From: an uncultured Muribaculaceae bacterium
Lineage (GTDB): Bacteria; Bacteroidota; Bacteroidia; Bacteroidales; Muribaculaceae
DNA length: 60,409 nucleotides
NCBI GenBank assembly: GCA_910589095.1
Contig: CAJUSN010000001.1
Span: forward strand, 1 to 60,409
Reading direction: 5' to 3'
Shown here: one piece after another, positions 18,811 through 27,858 of the stretch
How positions within the stretch are numbered: position 1 is the stretch's first letter
How the letters are laid out: the number at the start of each line of letters is the position of its first letter
Notes under the pieces: generated by a model
Databases searched by the model: none
Seen by the model: only the letters and a program-made list of their open reading frames with translations
What the model was told of the DNA's origin: nothing
Translations under genes and position numbers: made by a program

Positions 18811-19824
18811 ATGACTCCTGAAAATTCCCGGAAAGCTACCGGGCGACTGTCCAATATCGAGTTGCTGCGCATACTGGCCATGATGGCTGTCATAGTGGTA
18901 CATCTCGACGGCGCATCTCTCGGGCTACCTACCCCCGGAAGCATCAAGCATCTCACTCTTCCCGATGCATGGCGCATCATAGTGGAATCCCTCACCATTG
19001 TGGGTGTCAATTGCTTCACACTGATTTCCGGATACTTTGGAATCAGAGCTTCTGTCAAGGGACTTGTGAGGTTCACACTCATCTGCATGTTCTATTCAGT
19101 GGGAATCTACACAGCAGTTGCCATTATCCGTCCCGAAACCTTCAGCATCGCGGAATGGATTGAGTCATGGATGGTGTTTACACACACCGACCTTTGGTAT
19201 GTGCCGGCCTACTTCATCCTTTACCTGCTCAGCCCAATGATAAATGCGGCCATAGGGACACTCACTCCAAACCGATTCACGCTTTGGCTTGCTCTGTTCA
19301 TAATAGCCAACGTGTGGTGCGGATGGTGTTGGGGAGCATCGTTCAACCCCACGGGTTACACCCCATTCCAGCTAATAATGATGTATCTCATTGGCCGATG
19401 GCTCGCCCTGAAACTTCCCCATATGGAACACCGCAAGCGCCTTATATTGGGGGCTGGCGGTTACATCTTTGGCGTGACGGCAACAGCCCTCCTCGCACTA
19501 TGGATGGAACCTGTGAAAGTCTACGCCTACAACGCTCCCTGGGTCATACTCTCATCGGTGGCGCTCTTCATGTTTTTTGCGTCACTTAGACTGCGTTCAA
19601 CCGCAGTGAACACATTGGCCCGCGGTGCTTTCGCAGCTTATCTCATTCATAAAAACCCGGCTGTGTGGGGCGGTTTCATCCGGCCCACAGCCATACATGT
19701 ATGGAACATTGGATCGCTATGGATCTACACAGCTTTCACTCTCACATTCACAGCAGCTATCTACCTCGTTTCATCCGCTGTCGACTCGCTTCGCGCCAGA
19801 ATTTTCCGGCTATTTAACCTCTGA
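18811..19824 (+). CDS. acyltransferase family 3 (membrane) protein
   Basis: RLSNIELLRILAM, VNCFTLISGYF, LWYVPAY and YLIH motifs; multi-TM. Confidence 0.88.
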   Translation: MTPENSRKATGRLSNIELLRILAMMAVIVVHLDGASLGLPTPGSIKHLTLPDAWRIIVESLTIVGVNCFTLISGYFGIRASVKGLVRFTLICMFYSVGIYTAVAIIRPETFSIAEWIESWMVFTHTDLWYVPAYFILYLLSPMINAAIGTLTPNRFTLWLALFIIANVWCGWCWGASFNPTGYTPFQLIMMYLIGRWLALKLPHMEHRKRLILGAGGYIFGVTATALLALWMEPVKVYAYNAPWVILSSVALFMFFASLRLRSTAVNTLARGAFAAYLIHKNPAVWGGFIRPTAIHVWNIGSLWIYTAFTLTFTAAIYLVSSAVDSLRARIFRLFNL

Positions 19825-20577
19825 ATCCGGCAGACTGAAGCCTTGCGACACAATAAAGTCAAGATACAAGCGTGAAAACAATTCATTGTTGGCACGAGTA
19901 TAACGCACATCCGTGAATACCTGTGCGAGAGTTTGCTTGCCGTTCTCGGCAATAAACTGTTTGCTGTCGTCGCGTGCTTCCTTTGCAGCATAAGCAGCCT
20001 TGATAGCCTCGGGGCTATAGTCCTGATAGCGTTCTTCATGGAGTATGGCAGAAATGGGTATGCGGTCGCTCAATGGTGCCTCCCCCTCGGGATAGCCCAC
20101 CGACAAAGTAATCAGGGGCACAACTCGTGCGGGAAGATCAAGAGCTTTCGCGATCTCGGGAGCAGTGTAGGTGGTTGTACCTAAATAACAGCAACCCAAC
20201 CCTTCCATCTCGGCTATCGTACAGAACTGTTGCGCAAAAATGGTGGTGTCGATGACAGCTGTAACAAACGATTGGAAGTTGTCATATCCCGGCTTTGCAT
20301 CGCTCGCCTCACACCATTTGACGAAACGATTGAAATCGGCGCAAAATGTAAGAAGCACATCGCAACCCTCCACTTGAGGCTGATTGAAGTGGTGGGGCGC
20401 CAAAGCTCGCTTGCCTTCCTGAGTGCGGGTTACTATGACACTATAGAGTTGCATATTCCCCGTGGTGGGCGCCTGCGAAGCTGCCTCAAGCATGCTTTCA
20501 AGAAGTTCTGTGGACACTTGTTTTTGGCTGTAACGACGCACTGTGCGGCGATTCCTGAAAAATTCAAAACTGGTCAT
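19810..20577 (-). CDS. nitroreductase family (NfsA/Frp-like) oxidoreductase
   Basis: RRTVRRY, APTTGNMQ, GLGCCYLG and VGYP motifs; TATCTTTG box at 20607-20614(-). Confidence 0.9.
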   Translation of the reverse strand: MTSFEFFRNRRTVRRYSQKQVSTELLESMLEAASQAPTTGNMQLYSVIVTRTQEGKRALAPHHFNQPQVEGCDVLLTFCADFNRFVKWCEASDAKPGYDNFQSFVTAVIDTTIFAQQFCTIAEMEGLGCCYLGTTTYTAPEIAKALDLPARVVPLITLSVGYPEGEAPLSDRIPISAILHEERYQDYSPEAIKAAYAAKEARDDSKQFIAENGKQTLAQVFTDVRYTRANNELFSRLYLDFIVSQGFSLPDSEVK

Positions 20578-20868
20578 AAATTGCCGAAGATATTAAATGT
20601 TTCCCGCAAAGATAAGTCAAAAGCGCGAAACAACCAAATAATGCCAAAAATATCCAAAACGGAAAACTTTTCAATCCACTAAAAATCACAAATCATTATT
20701 ACAAAGGCAATTAAAAATTGAATCGGGAAACTTATCGACATTTTGAAACTTAACCGATGAAAAATTTTGATAATTCACAAATAATCACAAACTTTGCAGC
20801 GGGTTTAAAAATCAAACCACTGACCAACAAGAAAAACCATTTATAATTCACTTACCTCTCAACCCAAA

Positions 20869-23406
20869 GTGGAAACACAAAAATACAACTTTGAAGAAGC
20901 CCTCGCAGCAACGCTGAAATATTTCGGCGGCGATGAACTCGCTGCTCGCGTATGGGTGAGCAAGTATGCGCTCAAGAACTCCCAGGGAGATATTTTCGAA
21001 CTTACCCCCGACGACATGCACCGCCGCATTGCCTCTGAGCTGGCGCGCATCGAGGCGAAGTATCCCAACCCCATGGACAGTGAAGAACTGTTCGGACTCC
21101 TCAAGGATTTCCGTTACATCGTGCCTCAGGGCAGCCCCATGACCGGAATAGGCAACAATCTGCAAGTCTCATCGCTCAGCAATTGCTTCGTGATTGGACT
21201 CGACGGTACTCCCGACTCTTACGGTGGCGTCATTAAAATTGATGAAGAGCAGGTCCAACTCATGAAGCGTCGTGGCGGTGTGGGACACGACCTCTCACAC
21301 ATACGCCCCAAAGGCACCCCCGTAAAAAACTCTGCCCTTACTTCCACCGGCCTTGTTCCCTTCATGGAACGTTACTCCAACTCCACCCGTGAAGTGGCTC
21401 AGGATGGACGCCGTGGCGCGCTCATGCTCACCGTAAGCATCAAGCACCCCGACTCCGAAGCCTTCATCGATGCCAAAATGACCGAAGGAAAGGTGACAGG
21501 CGCAAACGTATCAGTGCGCATCGATGATGCTTTCATGCAGTGTGCCGTCGACAACGTACCTTACCGTCAGCAATTCCCCGTTGACTCCAACGATCCGTCC
21601 ATTGTTAAGGAAACGGACGCGCGGGCGCTTTGGCATAAAATTGTTCACAACGCATGGAAATCAGCTGAACCCGGCGTTCTCTTCTGGGACACGATAGCAC
21701 GCGAATCCGTGCCCGATTGCTATGCCGACCTCGGATTCCGCACCATTTCCACAAACCCCTGCGGAGAAATACCTCTCTGTCCCTACGACAGCTGCCGCCT
21801 GCTGGCTATAAACCTCTACTCATATGTAAAGAACCCATTTACGGACAAGGCAGAATTTGACTTCGAACTCTTCAACAAACATGTGGGCAAAGCCCAGCGC
21901 ATGATGGACGACATCATTGATCTCGAAATGGAGAAGATCGACCTCATCCTTGAAAAAATAGAGAGTGACCCCGAAACAGCTGAGGTGAAACAAACTGAAC
22001 GTCATCTTTGGGAAAAGATCAAAACCAAGACCCTCAAAGGCCGACGCACAGGTGTGGGCACCACCGGTGAAGGCGACATGCTCGCTGCCCTCGGATTCCG
22101 TTACGGTACACCGGAGGCCACCGAAATGTCTGTGAAAGTCCACCGTGCTCTCGCCCTCGCCGCCTACCGCTCCTCAGTTGAAATGGCCAAAGAGCGCGGC
22201 GCCTTTGAAATCTACGACGCTACCCGTGAGGAGAACAATCCTTACATCAACCGACTCCGTGAGGCCGATCCCAACCTCTATGAGGAGATGAAGCAGCATG
22301 GCCGACGCAACATTGCCTGCCTCACCATTGCCCCGACCGGAACCACCTCACTCATGACCCGCACATCAAGCGGTATCGAACCTGTGTTCATGCCCATCTA
22401 CAAACGTCGTCGCAAGGTCAACCCCAACGACACCGATGTGCATGTTGACTTCGTGGACGAATCCGGCGATGCTTTCGAGGAATATGTGGTTTATCACCCC
22501 AAATTCATCACCTGGATGGAGATCAACGGCATTGAAGTGAAACCCAATCTCTCGCAAGAGGAGGTGGATGAACTGATTGCACGTTCGCCCTACTACAAGG
22601 CCACTGCCAACGATATTGACTGGCTTGAAAAAGTTAGAATGCAAGGTGCCGTGCAGAAATGGGTAGACCACTCCATATCTGTTACTATCAATCTACCCAA
22701 CGATGTTACCGAAGAGGTTGTCGGTCGCCTTTATGTCGAGGCATGGCGCTCAGGCTGCAAAGGATGCACAGTTTATCGTGACGGTTCCCGCTCAGGCGTG
22801 CTCATTGCCGTTGAGAAGAAGAAAAAGGAATCCGAAACGCCGGCCTACGGCCATCCAATTGTGGACAAACGCCCCATTGAACTTGACGCCGATGTGGTTC
22901 GCTTCCAGAACAATAAAGAAAAGTGGATTGCATTCGTTGGATTACTCAACGGACGTCCCTATGAGATTTTCACAGGTCTGGCCGATGATGAGGACGGCAT
23001 TTTCTGCCCCAAATCCGTTACAAAGGGACAGATTATCAAAGCCATCGATGATAAAGGCAACAAACGTTACGACTTCCGATTCATCAACAAACGCGGATAT
23101 AAAACCACCATCGAGGGTCTTTCCGATAAGTTCAACCCCGAATATTGGAACTACGCCAAACTTATCTCCGGTGTGCTCCGCTACGGTATGCCCATTGATC
23201 AGGTTCTCAAGCTTGTGAGCGGCTTGGAACTTGACAACAAATCCATCAACACATGGAAAATGGGTGTTGAACGCGCTCTGAAAAAGTACCTTCCTAACGG
23301 CACCAAGGCCAGCGGACAGAAATGCCCCAACTGCGGACAGGAAACTCTGGTTTATCAGGAAGGTTGCCTCATCTGCACCTCCTGCGGCACCTCACGGTGT
23401 GGTTAA
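20869..23406 (+). CDS. nrdJ: adenosylcobalamin-dependent (class II) ribonucleotide reductase
   Basis: SLSNCFV, TNPCGE and TIAPTGT motifs, C-terminal CPNC..CTSCG zinc ribbon; GTG start; no adjacent beta subunit. Confidence 0.9.
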   Translation: METQKYNFEEALAATLKYFGGDELAARVWVSKYALKNSQGDIFELTPDDMHRRIASELARIEAKYPNPMDSEELFGLLKDFRYIVPQGSPMTGIGNNLQVSSLSNCFVIGLDGTPDSYGGVIKIDEEQVQLMKRRGGVGHDLSHIRPKGTPVKNSALTSTGLVPFMERYSNSTREVAQDGRRGALMLTVSIKHPDSEAFIDAKMTEGKVTGANVSVRIDDAFMQCAVDNVPYRQQFPVDSNDPSIVKETDARALWHKIVHNAWKSAEPGVLFWDTIARESVPDCYADLGFRTISTNPCGEIPLCPYDSCRLLAINLYSYVKNPFTDKAEFDFELFNKHVGKAQRMMDDIIDLEMEKIDLILEKIESDPETAEVKQTERHLWEKIKTKTLKGRRTGVGTTGEGDMLAALGFRYGTPEATEMSVKVHRALALAAYRSSVEMAKERGAFEIYDATREENNPYINRLREADPNLYEEMKQHGRRNIACLTIAPTGTTSLMTRTSSGIEPVFMPIYKRRRKVNPNDTDVHVDFVDESGDAFEEYVVYHPKFITWMEINGIEVKPNLSQEEVDELIARSPYYKATANDIDWLEKVRMQGAVQKWVDHSISVTINLPNDVTEEVVGRLYVEAWRSGCKGCTVYRDGSRSGVLIAVEKKKKESETPAYGHPIVDKRPIELDADVVRFQNNKEKWIAFVGLLNGRPYEIFTGLADDEDGIFCPKSVTKGQIIKAIDDKGNKRYDFRFINKRGYKTTIEGLSDKFNPEYWNYAKLISGVLRYGMPIDQVLKLVSGLELDNKSINTWKMGVERALKKYLPNGTKASGQKCPNCGQETLVYQEGCLICTSCGTSRCG

Positions 23407-23431
23407 CACCATCTGCTCTTATAATCCATCC

Positions 23432-26089
23432 ATGAAACTCAAGTTTGAAATAGACTATAACACCGCCGGGGGCGAGGCTATCTATATGATAGGCTCGCTC
23501 CCCGAATTATGCGGGGGTATGCCATTGAGTCAGGAATCCAACGGACGTTGGACCGTAACCATTGAAATCTCCCCTGCCAAAGAAGTGTTCGAATACCGTT
23601 ATGAGGTACGTCGCTACGGAGACACCGTTCGCACTGAATGGGGCGCACCGCATCGGTTGAGTTTTGACCCCCATCTTCAAGATGCCACGGTTCATGACCA
23701 CTGGAAGGATATCCCGTCCAACAAACCCTTCTTCGCTTCGGCATTCACCGAATCGATTTTCGCTCGTCATGATCAGGAAAATATTATGGCTACCGCTCCG
23801 GGGACCTTGGAATGGCGGGTCGACGCCCCGATGATCGAGCCGGACATGGTTATCGCAATATGCGGAAGCTGTGAAGCATTGGGCAACTGGGACCCCGCCA
23901 AAGCTCTCGTTCTTAACGCCGCGCGCTTTCCTGAGTGGACGTTGCAGATTCCCATTTCACAACTCCCGCAGAGTTTCGAGTACAAATTCGTGCTTCTGCA
24001 GGGAGCCGACAGGCATTTGGTGGCATGGGAATCCACACCCAATCGTTGCTTCACCATCCCCAACCTTCCCCCCAACGGTTCTTTAATTCTTTCCGGATTG
24101 TTTTTTGAGAATCCTATGCCCAAATGGCGCGGCACAGGCACTGCCATACCCGTATTCTCATTGCGTAGCGACGATGGAATGGGCGTGGGTGATTTTGCCG
24201 ACCTCAAGAAACTCATTGACTGGGCGGCCGCAACCGGACAGCAGTTCATCCAGTTGCTCCCCATCAATGACACCACCATGACACACACATGGCGCGACTC
24301 CTACCCCTATACCACCAACTCCACATTTGCCCTCCACCCAATGTATTTGCGATTGGAGGATATCGGTCAGTTGCGCGATGAAAGCAAACGAGCCCATTAC
24401 GATTCCCTCCGTAAGAAACTCAACTCACTTCCGGCCGTGGATTATGAACAGGTAAACCGCACCAAGCAAAGTTATCTCCATGACCTTTTCCGCCAGCAAG
24501 GGGCCGCTGAAATGACCTCGGAAGCGTTCCACAAGTTCGCCTCCAGAAACGATCACTGGCTTCGCCCTTACGCAGCCTGGTGTGTGTTACGTGACCTTAA
24601 CGGCACATCCGACATGTCGCAGTGGGGCCCGTATGCCAAATACGATTCCAAGGCTATAGACCTGTTCACTGAGGAGCACCGCGATGAAACCGACTTTGTG
24701 AGATGGACGCAATTCCACCTTGACAAGCAGTTAGGCGGAGTGCGTGATTATGCAGCAGCCTGCCATGTGGCGCTCAAGGGCGACATACCCATAGGAATAT
24801 CGCGCTGCAGCGTGGATGCATGGTTATATCCCGAGCTGTTCAATCTCGACTGCACTGCCGGTGCGCCACCGGATGATTTCGCCATACTTGGCCAAAACTG
24901 GGGATTCCCCACTTACCGCTGGGATGTGATGGCACGCGACGGGTATGCATGGTGGAAATCCCGCTTGTCAAAAATGGCTGAATACTTTTCGGCCTACCGC
25001 ATCGACCACCTGCTTGGCTTTTTCCGAATCTGGCAAATACCGGTAGAAACATATCACGGATTACTCGGCACTTTCTCCCCCGCACTACCCTACTCCCCGG
25101 AGGAGATGCACAGCGAATTCGGATTCGCTTTTGACCGTGAATTGATGACCAAGCCCTACATAACCGATCGCACCCTGGAACAAAGTTGCGGCTACCTTGC
25201 CTGCGAAATCAAGGAGCAATTCCTTGTCCCTATTGAGGGGAACCGCTACAGCTTGGCCGACGGACTTGAAAACCAACGCGCCATCGACATGTATTTCCGG
25301 AGCCTTGATGACACCGAAAGGAATCGTGCTCTTCGCAACGCGCTCATGGATATGACCGACGAAGTGCTGTTTATCAAGGACAGAGCGGAACCGGGCAAAT
25401 ATCATCCGCGCATTCTCGGTCAGCAAACATTTGCTTTCAAATCGCTGTCGCCAAAGCAAAAAGATGCTTACAGCCGGCTCTATGAGGAATTCTTTTTCCA
25501 TCGCCATAACTCCTTCTGGCGCGAAAAAGCCATGGAAAAACTCCCTCCCCTCATAGATTCCACCGGAATGTTATCATGTGCCGAGGACCTGGGCATGATA
25601 CCCGCCTGTGTGCCCTCTGTAATGGATGAGCTGAAAATTCTTTCGTTGGAAATACAGCGAATGCCCAAAGAACCTTGGGTACCGTTTGCCACCCCTGCAC
25701 GCTACCCTTACCTTTCGGTATGCTCAACCTCCACTCACGACATGCCCGGTGTCCGACAATGGTGGGAAGAAGACCCGAAGCGAGCACAAAAATTCTTCAG
25801 CGAGATGCTTCACGGTGAAGGCGAAGCGCCACGCAGCGCCACACCTGAAATATGCATGCAGATTCTCCGCATGAACCTTGAGGCCCCATCCATGTTAAGA
25901 ATTATCCCTCTTCAGGATTGGATGGCTATAGATGGCAACCTCCGCAGGCCTGACCCTCGCGAAGAGCAGATAAACGTCCCCGCCGATCCCCATCATTATT
26001 GGCGCTACAGAATGCATATCACACTCGACAGGCTTCTTGAAGCCTCCGATTTCAACTGTGCAGTCAGCGAATTGATTGCTACCACATAA
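23432..26089 (+). CDS. malQ: 4-alpha-glucanotransferase (GH77) with two N-terminal CBM20 domains
   Basis: LGNWDP CBM20; QLLPINDT, GAPPDDF, YRIDH, AEDLG and STHD GH77 motifs. Confidence 0.92.
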   Translation: MKLKFEIDYNTAGGEAIYMIGSLPELCGGMPLSQESNGRWTVTIEISPAKEVFEYRYEVRRYGDTVRTEWGAPHRLSFDPHLQDATVHDHWKDIPSNKPFFASAFTESIFARHDQENIMATAPGTLEWRVDAPMIEPDMVIAICGSCEALGNWDPAKALVLNAARFPEWTLQIPISQLPQSFEYKFVLLQGADRHLVAWESTPNRCFTIPNLPPNGSLILSGLFFENPMPKWRGTGTAIPVFSLRSDDGMGVGDFADLKKLIDWAAATGQQFIQLLPINDTTMTHTWRDSYPYTTNSTFALHPMYLRLEDIGQLRDESKRAHYDSLRKKLNSLPAVDYEQVNRTKQSYLHDLFRQQGAAEMTSEAFHKFASRNDHWLRPYAAWCVLRDLNGTSDMSQWGPYAKYDSKAIDLFTEEHRDETDFVRWTQFHLDKQLGGVRDYAAACHVALKGDIPIGISRCSVDAWLYPELFNLDCTAGAPPDDFAILGQNWGFPTYRWDVMARDGYAWWKSRLSKMAEYFSAYRIDHLLGFFRIWQIPVETYHGLLGTFSPALPYSPEEMHSEFGFAFDRELMTKPYITDRTLEQSCGYLACEIKEQFLVPIEGNRYSLADGLENQRAIDMYFRSLDDTERNRALRNALMDMTDEVLFIKDRAEPGKYHPRILGQQTFAFKSLSPKQKDAYSRLYEEFFFHRHNSFWREKAMEKLPPLIDSTGMLSCAEDLGMIPACVPSVMDELKILSLEIQRMPKEPWVPFATPARYPYLSVCSTSTHDMPGVRQWWEEDPKRAQKFFSEMLHGEGEAPRSATPEICMQILRMNLEAPSMLRIIPLQDWMAIDGNLRRPDPREEQINVPADPHHYWRYRMHITLDRLLEASDFNCAVSELIATT

Positions 26090-26100
26090 ACTGAATTACG

Positions 26101-26215
26101 GCGGTGTGTCAATATTCGTTTGACACACCGCTTTTGTATCCGGATGGGCGTATGTTGTCAGAATGGTTCAGATGACAGGAGCCGAATATCGGTAGCGTCA
26201 ACCCGGAAGAGCCGT
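26101..26215. repeat. dispersed structured intergenic element, copy A
   Basis: 64/74 nt identical and colinear with 53131-53204, plus a shared CAACCCG.A.GAGCCGT end; 12-bp terminal hairpin. Confidence 0.85.
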
Positions 26216-26251
26216 TAGGACAGATCCACAATATTTCTTCTGAAAAGCAGC

Positions 26252-26971
26252 TTAATTGGATGATGCAGTTGCCGAATCCTGGCGCGTAACACCAAATGCC
26301 TGTGTGAAAAACACAGTGAATACCGGAAAGAGAATCAATCCTTCCACGGACAACACCACTCCTATAATCTTACCCGCAGGCGTCACGGGACTGATATTGG
26401 AACCGCAAGTGTTCATCTGCATAAAAGAATACCACAGCGATTGCCAATAGTTATAAACCTGAGCATTAACAGCATGCTCTTCAACATAAAAGAGGAGCGA
26501 AAGCACATAGAGAGTGATGGTGAGTATAATAAGATACGACCCGAACATACCCGTCACCCAGTTCTTCTCCATAATTCCCCACATCACCACTAACACCACG
26601 GCAGCCCTGACTATCGGAATGACACGCAGAATATAATAGACCTCGAGCGAGACGTGCCATTCCATATAATTCACAATATTGATGTAAGGCACGCACACCG
26701 CCACAAGCGCAAGCATGGTAAAAAAGTGCCGGACGCGATTAGGTCGCAACAGCCATTCTACAACTGTTTCCAATATGAAAAACACGCATATCCAGAATTG
26801 CATCCTCAGGTAGCGCTCATGAACTGCAAACGATTCTGTGTGAAGTGTATCGTAAGTCACACCATAAAGAAGCACCACCGAAGCCAACACAACGAGGATG
26901 TGCAGTAACCGCAACACACGGTGACGCGCAACTGAAGCGTTTGGAACGGAAGGTGACTGGACCGAGGGCAT
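26252..26971 (-). CDS. potassium/ion channel family protein
   Basis: TM helices, pore helix YWQSLWYSF followed by NTCGSNISPVTPAGK. Confidence 0.8.
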   Translation of the reverse strand: MPSVQSPSVPNASVARHRVLRLLHILVVLASVVLLYGVTYDTLHTESFAVHERYLRMQFWICVFFILETVVEWLLRPNRVRHFFTMLALVAVCVPYINIVNYMEWHVSLEVYYILRVIPIVRAAVVLVVMWGIMEKNWVTGMFGSYLIILTITLYVLSLLFYVEEHAVNAQVYNYWQSLWYSFMQMNTCGSNISPVTPAGKIIGVVLSVEGLILFPVFTVFFTQAFGVTRQDSATASSN

Positions 26972-26985
26972 AAGCGTTGAATAAG

Positions 26986-27035
26986 AAACGTTATATTACT
27001 GACCGCCATAAGTGACAGTCAGTAATATAACGTTT
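26986..27035. terminator. 18-bp perfect inverted repeat between rlmB and the channel gene
   Basis: AAACGTTATATTACTGAC (26986-27003) / GTCAGTAATATAACGTTT (27018-27035). Confidence 0.55.
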
Positions 27036-27077
27036 TTTATACCTTTAGAGTTCCGCGGAAGGCTTTTACCGAAGGCC

Positions 27078-27833
27078 TCAAATCACCTCCATGTTCGCTT
27101 CCATGCGTTGGCGCACCACCTCGTAAATGAGTACACCGGCCGCCACTGACACATTGAGCGAACTGATTGATCCGAACATTGGGATTGACACAAACGTGTC
27201 ACACTGCTCTATAACCGCCGGATCAATACCGATATCTTCGGCCCCGAGCACCAGCGCGGTAGGCTCTGTATAAGATGTGGTGGTGTAATTTATATCGGCT
27301 TTTTCTGAAACTGCCACAACCTTGAACCCTGAGTTCTTCAAATATCGAACAGCCGCAAGTGTGGAGCGATCGCGGCAAACGGGGAGATGCAGAAGCGCGC
27401 CGGCAGATGTCTTTACCGCATCGCCTCCTACGCTCACGCTCCCATGCTCAGGGATGACAATGGCATCCACTCCTGCGCACTCACACGTACGGGCAATGGC
27501 ACCGAAATTGCGCACATCAGTGATTCCGTCAAGCACAACTATGAACGGTAAAACTCCCTCCTCAAACAGCTGGGGCACAAGATTGCCCAACTGGTGATAA
27601 GGCACGGCGGCAAGCATGGCAATCACACCTTGATGATTCTTGCGTGTGATTTTGTCAAGTTTTTCGGGCGGAACGGAGCGGATAACTATTCCATTAGCGC
27701 GGAGCAAGTCCAACAGTTCCTGGGCCAGAGGCCCCGACAGACCTTTGCGCACATAAACTCGGTCAATCTCCTTGCCGGCATTGACGGCTTCAATAACGGC
27801 ACGGATGCCGAAAATGTAATCGGTAGGTTGCAT
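27078..27833 (-). CDS. rlmB: 23S rRNA Gm2251 2'-O-methyltransferase RlmB
   Basis: NHQGV, DVRNFGAIART, LGAE and SLNVSVAAG SPOUT motifs. Confidence 0.92.
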   Translation of the reverse strand: MQPTDYIFGIRAVIEAVNAGKEIDRVYVRKGLSGPLAQELLDLLRANGIVIRSVPPEKLDKITRKNHQGVIAMLAAVPYHQLGNLVPQLFEEGVLPFIVVLDGITDVRNFGAIARTCECAGVDAIVIPEHGSVSVGGDAVKTSAGALLHLPVCRDRSTLAAVRYLKNSGFKVVAVSEKADINYTTTSYTEPTALVLGAEDIGIDPAVIEQCDTFVSIPMFGSISSLNVSVAAGVLIYEVVRQRMEANMEVI

Positions 27834-27858
27834 ATAATTCTATTCTTGATTTTCGGTT

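Noticed and set aside
9534..19824. Recent horizontal acquisition of the kinase/SEDS-PBP cluster
   Set aside because: No integrase, transposase, flanking repeats or visible composition shift, and the promoter is host-type.
20578..20868. Cobalamin riboswitch upstream of the B12-dependent nrdJ
   Set aside because: No B12-box or conserved GC-rich core is visible; the region is plain AT-rich promoter DNA.
26101..26215. CRISPR repeat or known ribozyme (hammerhead, twister, HDV) identity for the repeat element
   Set aside because: No regularly spaced array or cas genes, and I could not recognise those ribozymes' catalytic core motifs. GAGCCGT and GGTTC occur in the reverse order from group II intron domain 5.
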